A DNA stretch of 64,000 bases from a virus (IMGVR_UViG_3300025769_000090:1-64000); one strand, 5' to 3'. Positions 39,176 through 47,916 are shown, counted from the stretch's first letter. Notes: generated by a model from the letters alone, not told the origin. Translations and numbers: made by a program.

Positions 39176-39696
39176 TGAAAATTGGACTTACAGGAACTAT
39201 GAGTGTTGGTAAAACAACATTAGTTAAAGCTCTATCTGAGATAGAACAATTTAAAGGATATACTTGTACTACTGAACGTAGTCAATATCTTAATTCACTA
39301 GGTATTCCCTTAAATCATGCTACAACTATTGAAGGCCAAACTATATTTTTAGCAGAGCGTGTAACAGAATTAATGCAAGACTGTTTAATTACTGATCGTA
39401 CTGTTATTGATGTTATGGCATTTACTAATTGTGCTAAAAAAGTAAGCTATATTGACGGTGATGCTTTTGCTGATTATGCTTCGCGGTTTGTTAGACAATA
39501 TGATTATATATTTTATATCTCTCCTGAGGGAATGGATGTCGAAGATAATGGGGTTCGAGAAACAGATACTACGTATAGAGCAGAAATTGACAATGAAATT
39601 AAAAAACTTTTAAACAAATATCGTCCGATTTATTTTGAACTCAAAGGAACTACCAATGAGCGAATCAATCAGATGATGAATATAATACAATTTTAA
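39175..39696 (+). CDS. P-loop nucleoside/nucleotide kinase (AAA_28, NadR-C-like)
   Basis: GTMSVGKTTL; ITDRTVID; YDYIFY; EDNGVR. Confidence 0.8.
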   Translation: MKIGLTGTMSVGKTTLVKALSEIEQFKGYTCTTERSQYLNSLGIPLNHATTIEGQTIFLAERVTELMQDCLITDRTVIDVMAFTNCAKKVSYIDGDAFADYASRFVRQYDYIFYISPEGMDVEDNGVRETDTTYRAEIDNEIKKLLNKYRPIYFELKGTTNERINQMMNIIQF

Positions 39697-39697
39697 T

Positions 39698-40003
39698 ATG
39701 AAATTATGGAAATGGATAGTGGGACTATTTGCAGCTATTGGTGGTGCTGCTGCGATAGCTTCCACTCAAAAGAAAAAAGCCCACGAAAAAAATGTTAAAG
39801 AAAACCAAAAACAGGTCAAGCAGGTACAAGCTAAAACTAAACAAGTTCAGCAACAAAAAGCTGAGACTAAAAAGGCAATTACTACTCAAAAGAAAAAAGT
39901 AACTACTGCTAAAAAGCAAGTTAAAAATACAAGTAGTGCTAAAAAGACTGCAAAAAGTTTTGAACAAAAATACCGCAAGCCAGGTAGACCAAAAAAGAAA
40001 TAA
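39698..40003 (+). CDS. Membrane-anchored basic coiled-coil protein (possible lysis accessory)
   Basis: N-terminal TM followed by a Lys/Gln-rich helix. Confidence 0.6.
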   Translation: MKLWKWIVGLFAAIGGAAAIASTQKKKAHEKNVKENQKQVKQVQAKTKQVQQQKAETKKAITTQKKKVTTAKKQVKNTSSAKKTAKSFEQKYRKPGRPKKK

Positions 40004-40383
40004 TGAAAAATATATTAGTAACTTTACTCTTAGGGTTATCTAACATATGTTATTCACAAGATACTCTTCGAATTCCCGCTACGGAACTTGAAGAGTTCTT
40101 CTTGGCTCTAGATACCCTTGAAATCCAAGACTCAGCTAAAGCAATATTAATTACTGAACTTGAGCGAACTATTAAACTATATGAACTCCTCGCTGAACAA
40201 GACAGTTTAATTATAAAATTTAAAGATCAAGAAATATCTTTACTAAACGACCAGATTCAACTTCATTTAGATTACATAAATGAAACTGATAAGTGGTATA
40301 ATAAACCCTCAGTAGGAGTTACAGCTGGTGTGTTAGGTACTATATTTTTAATACAAGCTTTAGATTATACGCTGCCTGACTGA
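40003..40383 (+). CDS. Exported coiled-coil protein with C-terminal TM (possible spanin-like)
   Basis: Signal peptide ending YS-Q; coiled coil; WY..P..GVTAGVLGTIFLI. Confidence 0.55.
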   Translation: MKNILVTLLLGLSNICYSQDTLRIPATELEEFFLALDTLEIQDSAKAILITELERTIKLYELLAEQDSLIIKFKDQEISLLNDQIQLHLDYINETDKWYNKPSVGVTAGVLGTIFLIQALDYTLPD

Positions 40384-40425
40384 TTTTTGTATATTTATTA
40401 TTGTTAACAACAATACTTTTGCAAA

Positions 40426-41550
40426 ATGAATAAAGCTGATATCAAGCAAATTATATTTGAAGAAATTGAAGCCGCTATTAAGGAGCTAAACGAAAACATG
40501 TCTCCTGAAGATTTAGCAGCAGATTCTCGTCCTGAAGAAGACGACATTACACCTCCAGGTATCGAAGATATGTCACCAGATCCTATATTTGGTGCTGATC
40601 CTTCATATGTTGAAGAGGAAGAATTATCTGAGATGCCCCGCACCTCAAATAAATTCAAACTCAGCCAGGATGCTGATATGAAGCAAGTCCTCCAATTTAT
40701 GCAACGCGTAAATAACAGACTTAAAACATTCAAATCACCAGGACAAAAGCGCCCTAAAAAGCGTTTTACACCTGAAGAAATGAAATCGTTAGCAACAGCA
40801 ATGCTCAACCCAGAAGGATTTACTTCTAAAGACGTAATTGCTGTTACCTCATATAACAGCCCCGCTCAAGCAAATAAATTTTTAAAAGCGCTTGAAATGA
40901 AGGGCTTAATTACATTAACCTCACAACTTAAAAAAGCACAAGAACCAGCTCGCGATCCTGATGCCCCTGAAACCAGAGGTAGAAAACGCAGAGATGCTGA
41001 ATTTGATATGTCAGATGATCCTACAATGATGGACTTCGGGGATTTTGATGATTTAGATTTAAGTGACCCACTAGCAGAAACTAAAGCAACCATGACAAAC
41101 TTAGAAAAGTACATTAAACAGCAAATCAAAGAAGCTAAAAATCCATTAGCTAAAAAGATGAAAGAAATTGAAAATCAAGGACGCGTTGCAGCGCTTGAAA
41201 CTAAATTAGCTGCTATTGCCGAAATGATTGAAGAAACAGAAGGTCGTTTAACTCGTATTGACGAAGATAACGAGTTTAGAGACATGATGGATAAAAACGC
41301 TGTTAAAGAAGTTCGTAAGCAACTTAAAGAACTTGAAAAAGCTAAAGGTAAGCTTGAAAAAGAAAGAGCTAAATTAGAAGGTAAAGTCGAAAAAAAAGAA
41401 GTAGTTGATGAAGACTTGCCCGTAGCTGAAGACGCAGTAGAAGAAGATGCTATAGACGCAGCTATTGATGAAGTTGAATTAGAAGAAGATAACTTTGCAC
41501 TTAATGAATCAGTTAAGCGTATGCAAAAATTAGCTAACCTAAAAGGCTAA
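40426..41550 (+). CDS. Putative internal head protein: winged-helix-like core between acidic linkers, scaffold-type C-terminal tag
   Basis: TATTTATT at 40392; leader IKQIIFEEI; FTSKDVIAVTSYNSPAQANKFLKALEMKGLITL; RGRKR; LNESVKRMQKLANLKG. Confidence 0.6.
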   Translation: MNKADIKQIIFEEIEAAIKELNENMSPEDLAADSRPEEDDITPPGIEDMSPDPIFGADPSYVEEEELSEMPRTSNKFKLSQDADMKQVLQFMQRVNNRLKTFKSPGQKRPKKRFTPEEMKSLATAMLNPEGFTSKDVIAVTSYNSPAQANKFLKALEMKGLITLTSQLKKAQEPARDPDAPETRGRKRRDAEFDMSDDPTMMDFGDFDDLDLSDPLAETKATMTNLEKYIKQQIKEAKNPLAKKMKEIENQGRVAALETKLAAIAEMIEETEGRLTRIDEDNEFRDMMDKNAVKEVRKQLKELEKAKGKLEKERAKLEGKVEKKEVVDEDLPVAEDAVEEDAIDAAIDEVELEEDNFALNESVKRMQKLANLKG

Positions 41551-41570
41551 CTTAACTAAATATAAAATTT

Positions 41571-41597
41571 AAGGGGACTTCGGTCCCCTTTCTTTTT
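41571..41597 (+). terminator. Rho-independent terminator
   Basis: AAGGGGAC-TTCG-GTCCCCTT-TCTTTTT. Confidence 0.9.
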
Positions 41598-41612
41598 AGC
41601 TACGTATATACG

Positions 41613-42260
41613 ATGGCAGACATTAAAGCAATTATAAAACAAGGGATATATAAAATAATTTCTCCTAGTGGAAGAATATATATAGGTCAAACTATAGATA
41701 TAGCAAGGAGATTTAAAGAATATAAAAATTTAAGGTGTAAAAGCCAGCCTAAACTTTACAATTCATTAAAAAAATATGGGCCTGATAAGCATATTTTTGA
41801 AATATTAGAAGAGTGTCCTACAAACTTTCTTTTAGAAAGAGAAATTTTTTACAAAAAATTATTTAATAGTGTAGAAAAGGGATTAAATTGTGAACTATAT
41901 GATATAGGTAGTGGTGGTCCTAGGTCTAAAGAAACTATAGCTAAAATTTCTAAAAGTCAAAAAGGAATTCCAAAGAAAGGTGGATGGCATCATAGTAATG
42001 AATCCAAAAAACTTAAAAGCGAATTAGCTAAGGGTAAACCTAAACCTAAAGGATTTGGAAAAAAAGTAGCCCAAGCTAAAGCTAATAACCCTAATTTAGG
42101 GGATAGTTACAAAAAAAGAATCATAGACCTTAATACTGGAAAAATCTATAATAGTTGCACAGAAGCAGCACAAGATAATAACATAAGTCCCTCTATTATT
42201 AGTAATAGTTTAAATGGACTTTATAAAAAATCTAAATGGAATTTTAAACACTATGGCTGA
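41613..42260 (+). CDS. GIY-YIG homing endonuclease with NUMOD3 and NUMOD1-like DNA-binding motifs
   Basis: GIYKI...IYIGQT...R...E...N; SKETIAKISKSQKG; HSNESK; KIYNSCTEAA. Confidence 0.9.
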   Translation: MADIKAIIKQGIYKIISPSGRIYIGQTIDIARRFKEYKNLRCKSQPKLYNSLKKYGPDKHIFEILEECPTNFLLEREIFYKKLFNSVEKGLNCELYDIGSGGPRSKETIAKISKSQKGIPKKGGWHHSNESKKLKSELAKGKPKPKGFGKKVAQAKANNPNLGDSYKKRIIDLNTGKIYNSCTEAAQDNNISPSIISNSLNGLYKKSKWNFKHYG

Positions 42261-43845
42261 TATTAAAGACATAATCAAAAAAGAGTTTATTAAAAGTGCT
42301 CAGTCTCCTACATATTTCATGAAAAAATATTGTTGGATCCAGCACCCAACAAGAGGTAGAACACAGTTTAACCTATACCCATTCCAAGAAAAAGTATTAG
42401 GACTACTAAATAAACACGATAAGTCAGTAATCCTAAAATCAAGACAGCTTGGTATTTCGACACTCTCAGCAGGTATAGCTTTACACATGATGTTGTTTCA
42501 AAAGGATAAAAACATCCTTGTAATAGCAACAAAACAAGAAACTGCTAAAAACCTAGTAACAAAAGTACGATTTATGTACGATCAGTTACCTAGTTGGTTA
42601 AAATTACCAACGGTAGAAAATAACCGACTATCACTGCGACTTAAAAATGGATCCCAAATTAAAGCAGTATCCGCAGCAGGCGATGCTGGTAGATCAGAAG
42701 CCATTTCACTTCTAGTAATTGATGAGGCAGCGTTTATTGAAGAAAATAGAATTGAAGAGATTTGGGGCTCAGCACAACAAACACTTGCAACTGGTGGTAG
42801 AGCAATTGTATTATCTACACCAAATGGTACTGGTAACTGGTTCCATAGAATGTGGGCTAAAGCACAAGATGGTACTAGTGGATTCACACCTATTAGATTA
42901 CCATGGACTGTACACCCGGAACGAAGTCAAGAATGGCGAGACAAACAGGATGATGAGTTAGGGGACAGAATGGCAGCACAAGAGTGTGACTGTGACTTTA
43001 CAACCTCAGGTGATACTGTATTCCCACCTGAAGTACTAAACCATATTGAAGCTACAATGATTAAAGACCCATTAGAAAAAAGAGGTATGAATAGTAGTTT
43101 ATGGGTTTGGGAATACCCAGATTATACAAGACAATATATGGTTGTAGCTGACGTAGCAAGGGGTGATTCTAAAGACTATTCAGCGTTCCATATTATAGAT
43201 ATTGAAAACTGTACACAAGTAGCTGAATTCAAAGACCAAGTCCCAACAAAAGATTTTGGCCGAATATTATTTAATATAGCAACAGAATACAATAAGGCAC
43301 TACTTGTAATTGAAAACGCAAATATTGGTTGGGCTGCTATACAAGAGGTAATCGATATGGGTTATGAAAACCTATATTACAGTCCTAAAGATGAAAAATT
43401 TACTCGCGATGCTGAAGCATACATTGCTAAAGGATATGACTTAGTTGATAAATCTAAAATGGTACCCGGATTTACAATGTCTTTACGTACTAGACCATTA
43501 ACTATTGCAAAACTAGATGCGTATGTTAAAGAACAAAGTATACAAATCCAATCAAGACGTACGTTAGATGAATTAAGAACTTTTGTTTGGAAAAATGGGC
43601 GACCAGAAGCCCAAACTGGGTACAATGATGACCTAATTATGTCCATAGCTACCGCATGTTACGTGCGAGATACTGCATTAAAATTTGCTCAGCATGGAGT
43701 TGACTTAACTAGGGCTATGCTTGAAAATACAACGAAAGCAAATTATAATCCCTTCTTTAGTACTTCACAAATAAATGATCCTAAACAAGCCTATAAAATG
43801 AAATTAAATGGAAAAGATGAGGATTTGTCTTGGCTTCTAGGTTGA
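42253..43845 (+). CDS. terL: Terminase large subunit (T4 gp17-like)
   Basis: LYPFQ; KSRQLGIST; LLVIDEAAF; LSTPNG; VADVARG...DYSA; DDLIMS; ATG 42253 preferred. Confidence 0.95.
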   Translation: MADIKDIIKKEFIKSAQSPTYFMKKYCWIQHPTRGRTQFNLYPFQEKVLGLLNKHDKSVILKSRQLGISTLSAGIALHMMLFQKDKNILVIATKQETAKNLVTKVRFMYDQLPSWLKLPTVENNRLSLRLKNGSQIKAVSAAGDAGRSEAISLLVIDEAAFIEENRIEEIWGSAQQTLATGGRAIVLSTPNGTGNWFHRMWAKAQDGTSGFTPIRLPWTVHPERSQEWRDKQDDELGDRMAAQECDCDFTTSGDTVFPPEVLNHIEATMIKDPLEKRGMNSSLWVWEYPDYTRQYMVVADVARGDSKDYSAFHIIDIENCTQVAEFKDQVPTKDFGRILFNIATEYNKALLVIENANIGWAAIQEVIDMGYENLYYSPKDEKFTRDAEAYIAKGYDLVDKSKMVPGFTMSLRTRPLTIAKLDAYVKEQSIQIQSRRTLDELRTFVWKNGRPEAQTGYNDDLIMSIATACYVRDTALKFAQHGVDLTRAMLENTTKANYNPFFSTSQINDPKQAYKMKLNGKDEDLSWLLG

Positions 43846-43846
43846 A

Positions 43847-43854
43847 TATTTATA
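43847..43854 (+). promoter_or_regulatory. Putative late promoter TATTTATA
   Basis: In the spacer before the portal gene. Confidence 0.55.
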
Positions 43855-43875
43855 CACACACAATAAACAATAAAT

Positions 43876-45723
43876 ATGGCGGATACTAGCTTATTTACAC
43901 GATTAAGGCGATTATTTTCTAATGACGTTATTATAAGAAACGTAGGAGGAAAACAATTAAAAGTGATGGATGTTGACCGTATTCAAAAATACGGTAACTT
44001 AGAATCTAATTCACTATATGATAGATTTACAAGATTACATAGACCAGTAGGTTCTTCTCTACAGTATAACCCAACACTTAACTATTCATCTATGCGCCTC
44101 CAGCTTTATAGCGATTATGAGGCTATGGATTATGATTCACTTATTGCACCCGCACTAGATATTATCTCAGAGGAATCAACTCTTAAAAATGAATATGGGG
44201 ATGTATTAACTATCAAATCATCAAATGAAAATGTTAAACGAGTCCTTCATAACTTATTTTATGATGTATTAAACATTGAGTTTAATTTACCTTCATGGGT
44301 TCGCCAAATGTGCAAATATGGAGATTTTTATCTCCATTTACAAATTTCTGAAAAATTTGGCATTTATAATGCACTACCACTTTCTGTATATCAAGTAGTT
44401 AGAGAAGAAGGTATGGATCCAGAAAACCCTAGCTATGTGCAGTTTATATTAGATCCTAATGGATTATCACAATCTAATACTTATAGTGCTAGAAGGAGTG
44501 ACCAAATGAAGCTAGAAAATTATGAAGTTGCTCACTTTAGACTACTTTCAGATGCTGCATATCTCCCATATGGTCGTTCTTATTTAGAACCTGCCCGTAA
44601 AGTGTTTAAACAACTTATTCTAATGGAAGATGCGATGCTTATTCATAGAATTATGCGTGCACCTGAAAAAAGAATTTTTTATATGAATGTAGGAGGTATT
44701 CCACCTAATGAAATAGATAGTTTTATGGAAAAAACCGTCCGCAGTATGAAAAAAACCCCATATGTGGATCAAGAAACTGGTGATTATAACTTAAAGTTCA
44801 ATGTTCAAAACATGACTGAAGATTTTTATATCCCAGTTAGGGGTAATGATTCATCAACTAAGATTGAAACAACAAAAGGTCTTGATTATGATGGCACGAC
44901 TGACATTGAATATCTAAAAAACCGGATGTTAGCCGCCCTTAAAATCCCTAAAGCATTCCTAGGATACGATGAAAATTTAGAAGGTAAATCAACATTAGCT
45001 GCTATGGATATTCGTTTTGCGCGTACAATTGAACGCTTGCAAAGAACTATTGTATCTGAACTTCATAAAATTGCACTTGTACATTTATATACTCAAGGAT
45101 TTACTGAATCAGATTTAGTAGACTTTGAATTAGAATTAACAGGTCCCTCAATTGTATTTGAACAAGAAAAAACTGAACTATATAAGTCTAAGGTAGAATT
45201 AGCTAACTCAATTTCGGATAAAAAGATATTATCTAGTGATTTTGTTTATAAAAATATATTTAATCTCTCAGAACAAGAGATTGATTACGAAAGAAATAAA
45301 TCTTTAGATGATGCAGCTCATATTTTTAGATTAAACCAAATAGAAAATGAAGGTAATGATCCTATTGAATCTGGTGAATCATATGGTACACCCCACGATT
45401 TAGCAGGCATGTATGCTACTAAAAGAGATAAGGGCATTAAAGATATTCCCGATGGGTATGATGAAAATGAACCAGGTCGCCCTAAACAAAAACTTAGCCG
45501 TTATGGCACTGATCAGGCTAATATGGGTAGAGATCCTTTAGGGAAAGCAGGCCTAACAGCTGATGATACCCCAAATAGAGCTAATGACGTTTCTACATTT
45601 GCCCTAGAAGAAAATAATAGAATACTTAAAAAACTCTCTTTAAATAGATTAGGTGGTAAACAAGTTTTAACAGAAGATAATAAAACATCTTTATTAGACG
45701 AAGAAAACATAATAAAAGAGTAA
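43876..45723 (+). CDS. gp20: Portal protein (T4 gp20-like)
   Basis: LMEDAMLIHRIMRAPEKRIFYMNVG; MTEDFYIPVRG; DIEYL...AALKIPK; DIRFA. Confidence 0.95.
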   Translation: MADTSLFTRLRRLFSNDVIIRNVGGKQLKVMDVDRIQKYGNLESNSLYDRFTRLHRPVGSSLQYNPTLNYSSMRLQLYSDYEAMDYDSLIAPALDIISEESTLKNEYGDVLTIKSSNENVKRVLHNLFYDVLNIEFNLPSWVRQMCKYGDFYLHLQISEKFGIYNALPLSVYQVVREEGMDPENPSYVQFILDPNGLSQSNTYSARRSDQMKLENYEVAHFRLLSDAAYLPYGRSYLEPARKVFKQLILMEDAMLIHRIMRAPEKRIFYMNVGGIPPNEIDSFMEKTVRSMKKTPYVDQETGDYNLKFNVQNMTEDFYIPVRGNDSSTKIETTKGLDYDGTTDIEYLKNRMLAALKIPKAFLGYDENLEGKSTLAAMDIRFARTIERLQRTIVSELHKIALVHLYTQGFTESDLVDFELELTGPSIVFEQEKTELYKSKVELANSISDKKILSSDFVYKNIFNLSEQEIDYERNKSLDDAAHIFRLNQIENEGNDPIESGESYGTPHDLAGMYATKRDKGIKDIPDGYDENEPGRPKQKLSRYGTDQANMGRDPLGKAGLTADDTPNRANDVSTFALEENNRILKKLSLNRLGGKQVLTEDNKTSLLDEENIIKE

Positions 45724-45741
45724 GCCTTAAGAACTCCTACA

Positions 45742-45749
45742 TATTTATA
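45742..45749 (+). promoter_or_regulatory. Putative late promoter TATTTATA
   Basis: Intergenic before ATG 45771. Confidence 0.5.
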
Positions 45750-45770
45750 TAGGAATAAATCCATTCATGC

Positions 45771-46610
45771 ATGAAACCTAAGCACTCCAAGTACAAAAAT
45801 ACTGGAATTCTTTTTGAATTGTTGACTAGACAAATTACGTCTGAGACTATTTCAAATACTCCACCAAAGGCTGTAGGTATTTTAAGAAAATTTTTTGGTA
45901 AAAATACTGCTCTTTTAAAAGAGTACCAGATATACCATGCTTTACTTAATAAAAAATTTAATAAAGAAGCTAGTGCTAATGTTCTTATTGAAACCTTAAC
46001 CGGTGCACATTCTAAATTAAATAAGTCTGTATTAAGAAGAGAAAGATATAATCTTGTTAAAGAAATAAAAGATACTTATAACATAGAAGATTTTTTTAAA
46101 GCTAAAATTCCTAACTATAAAATATACGCTAGTGTATTTAATTTATTAGAAAATAAAAGCGCTAATCCTATGTCTATAGTAAATTCTAAAGTTATTATTT
46201 TAGAACATATTACCCAACAAAATCTTCCTAATAAACCCAAAAAAGATATGGTTATGGAGGAGTATGAAAAATTTGATAAAGAAACTAGAGCACTAACATA
46301 TAAAATGTTAATGGAAAAGTTTAATGAAAAATATTCTGAGCTAGCTAGTAACCAAAAAAGACTTTTAGAGGCTTATGTTTATAATATTTCAAATAGCCCT
46401 AAGTTAAAAGCTTTTATTAACGAAGAAATTGTAGCTGTAAAAGCTGAACTTGAAACATTAACTAAAAATGTTGATCAAGTTACTCAAATTAAACTAAACG
46501 AAGTTAAGAATTTAATCAAACCATTATGTAAAAAATCTTCTGTTCATGATGATAATGTCATTAACCTTATGAATTATTACGAATTGGTTAATGAATTAAA
46601 ATCTATCTAA
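45771..46610 (+). CDS. Head-region hypothetical protein (prohead core candidate)
   Basis: KHSKYKNTGILFELL start; located between portal and protease. Confidence 0.7.
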   Translation: MKPKHSKYKNTGILFELLTRQITSETISNTPPKAVGILRKFFGKNTALLKEYQIYHALLNKKFNKEASANVLIETLTGAHSKLNKSVLRRERYNLVKEIKDTYNIEDFFKAKIPNYKIYASVFNLLENKSANPMSIVNSKVIILEHITQQNLPNKPKKDMVMEEYEKFDKETRALTYKMLMEKFNEKYSELASNQKRLLEAYVYNISNSPKLKAFINEEIVAVKAELETLTKNVDQVTQIKLNEVKNLIKPLCKKSSVHDDNVINLMNYYELVNELKSI

Positions 46611-46612
46611 TC

Positions 46613-46822
46613 ATGAATGCAGACCAACTCAGATCTTTAATCCGCGAATTGATTAAAACAGAGTTAGAAGAAGCCAATGTAGTTGGTACTGGTACTTCTA
46701 TTACAGTTGGCTCCAGTGAAGCTTATGCTACTCCTATGGCTTTTAGAAAAAAAGGAAAAAAAGCAAAAAATAGAGGCCTTGAACAAGCTAAACGCCTCGG
46801 ATATATACCCGTAAAAAAATAA
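46613..46822 (+). CDS. Small head-associated protein with LRSLIRELIKTELEE leader
   Basis: Leader ending LEE followed by a short basic peptide YATPMAFRKK. Confidence 0.65.
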   Translation: MNADQLRSLIRELIKTELEEANVVGTGTSITVGSSEAYATPMAFRKKGKKAKNRGLEQAKRLGYIPVKK

Positions 46823-46827
46823 AAGTT

Positions 46828-46968
46828 ATGCCAAGAAAAATTAACGCATTTGAATTTATTAATGATGGACATAAAGTGTCCCGTCCTGGTGTACATGCTA
46901 AAACTAAGCATAGTAACCATAAAAATTCAAAAAATTATAAAAAAACCTATAGAGGACAAGGACGATGA
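46828..46968 (+). CDS. Small basic protein ending KKTYRGQGR (46 aa), not in ORF track
   Basis: ATG 46828 to TGA 46968, overlapping the protease ATG (ATGA). Confidence 0.75.
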   Translation: MPRKINAFEFINDGHKVSRPGVHAKTKHSNHKNSKNYKKTYRGQGR

Positions 46969-47570
46969 AACAATTACTTATAGAACACATGCCATTTAAA
47001 GTAGATAAACTCTTAGTTGAGCAATCTATTAAAGAGAATAAACCACTTAGAGTAGGTGGTATTATCCAAAGAGCTGGTGTTAAAAACCATAATGGTAGAA
47101 TCTATGAGCAAGAAATTCTTGAAAGAGAAATTAAAAAATACATTGATGGTCCTGTTAAAGAAAAAAGAGCTTTAGGTGAATTAGACCACCCAGATTCTTC
47201 CGTTATTAATTTAAATAATGTATCCCATAATATAGTAGAAATTACTATGAAAGGAAATGATGTACATGGTGTTATAGAAATACTAACAACACCCGCGGGG
47301 AATATTTTAAAAGAGTTATTCCGTTGTGGTGTTACAGTAGGAATATCTTCTAGAGGTATGGGTTCAGTAGAAGAAAATTCAGATGGAATATTAATGGTTC
47401 AAGAAGATTTTGATCTTCTTTGTTTTGATATGGTATCAACCCCATCAACCCCTGGTGCTTATATGTCCCCCATGAATGAAGGAGTAAACACCCAGGTTAA
47501 AAATTATACTAAAGTACATAACGTTATTCGCGATATTATCTGCAATAACACAGGTATGTGTCAGTGTTAA
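46965..47570 (+). CDS. gp21: Prohead core protease (T4 gp21-like)
   Basis: NHNGRIY; GELDHP; VSH; LTTPAG; GISSRGMGS; DMVSTPS. Confidence 0.95.
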   Translation: MKQLLIEHMPFKVDKLLVEQSIKENKPLRVGGIIQRAGVKNHNGRIYEQEILEREIKKYIDGPVKEKRALGELDHPDSSVINLNNVSHNIVEITMKGNDVHGVIEILTTPAGNILKELFRCGVTVGISSRGMGSVEENSDGILMVQEDFDLLCFDMVSTPSTPGAYMSPMNEGVNTQVKNYTKVHNVIRDIICNNTGMCQC

Positions 47571-47749
47571 TCGTTTAAAAAACTTTTAACAAAGTTAAAA
47601 ATAAACACACCTGCCATTATTGGCCAAAATACAATCATTGATAATCTTTCACTGAAAGAAACACTTTGTCCAGTCCAGCGAATTGCGTGTTCTAATCCAA
47701 ATGACACAATTAATCCGATTAATAAGAATTTTGCTGATAATACTAACAT
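47567..47749 (-). CDS. Small two-TM membrane protein on the opposite strand (60 aa)
   Basis: MLVLSAKFLLIGLIVSFGLE...MIVFWPIMAGVFIFNFV; own promoter motif at 47798-47769. Confidence 0.6.
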   Translation of the reverse strand: MLVLSAKFLLIGLIVSFGLEHAIRWTGQSVSFSERLSMIVFWPIMAGVFIFNFVKSFLND

Positions 47750-47768
47750 AATATAGTTGTTTTTTCCG

Positions 47769-47798
47769 AAGATACGATAAAAAGTTTGTGCTTCCAAA
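47769..47798 (-). promoter_or_regulatory. Host-type promoter TTTGG-N17-CGTATCTT (minus strand)
   Basis: Exact motif and spacing, 19 nt upstream of ATG 47749. Confidence 0.6.
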
Positions 47799-47807
47799 CT
47801 TATTATA

Positions 47808-47815
47808 TATTTATT
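47808..47815 (+). promoter_or_regulatory. Putative late promoter TATTTATT for the scaffold-capsid unit
   Basis: Recurrent motif upstream of the structured leader. Confidence 0.5.
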
Positions 47816-47826
47816 TCTAGAAGCAT

Positions 47827-47916
47827 ACGTTATATTAAAATAACGTCCCTGGATTTTACAAACAAATCCCTATTAGAGATACTAAAATCTCTATTTCCTG
47901 TATTTTATTTACTGGA
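47827..47916 (+). ncRNA. Candidate structured 5' leader with four tandem hairpins
   Basis: ACGTTAT/ATAACGT, GGATTT/AAATCC, TAGAGAT/ATCTCTA, TCC.GTA/TAC.GGA. Confidence 0.5.

Noticed and set aside
29471-39696. NAD reconstitution pathway from the HxGH nucleotidyltransferase plus the NadR-like kinase
   Set aside because: The genes are about 9 kb apart in different promoter classes, no Nampt or PnuC-like partner is seen, and substrates cannot be read from these motifs
41613-42260. Group I intron in terL
   Set aside because: No non-coding flanks to form an intron core; terL has its own complete start downstream
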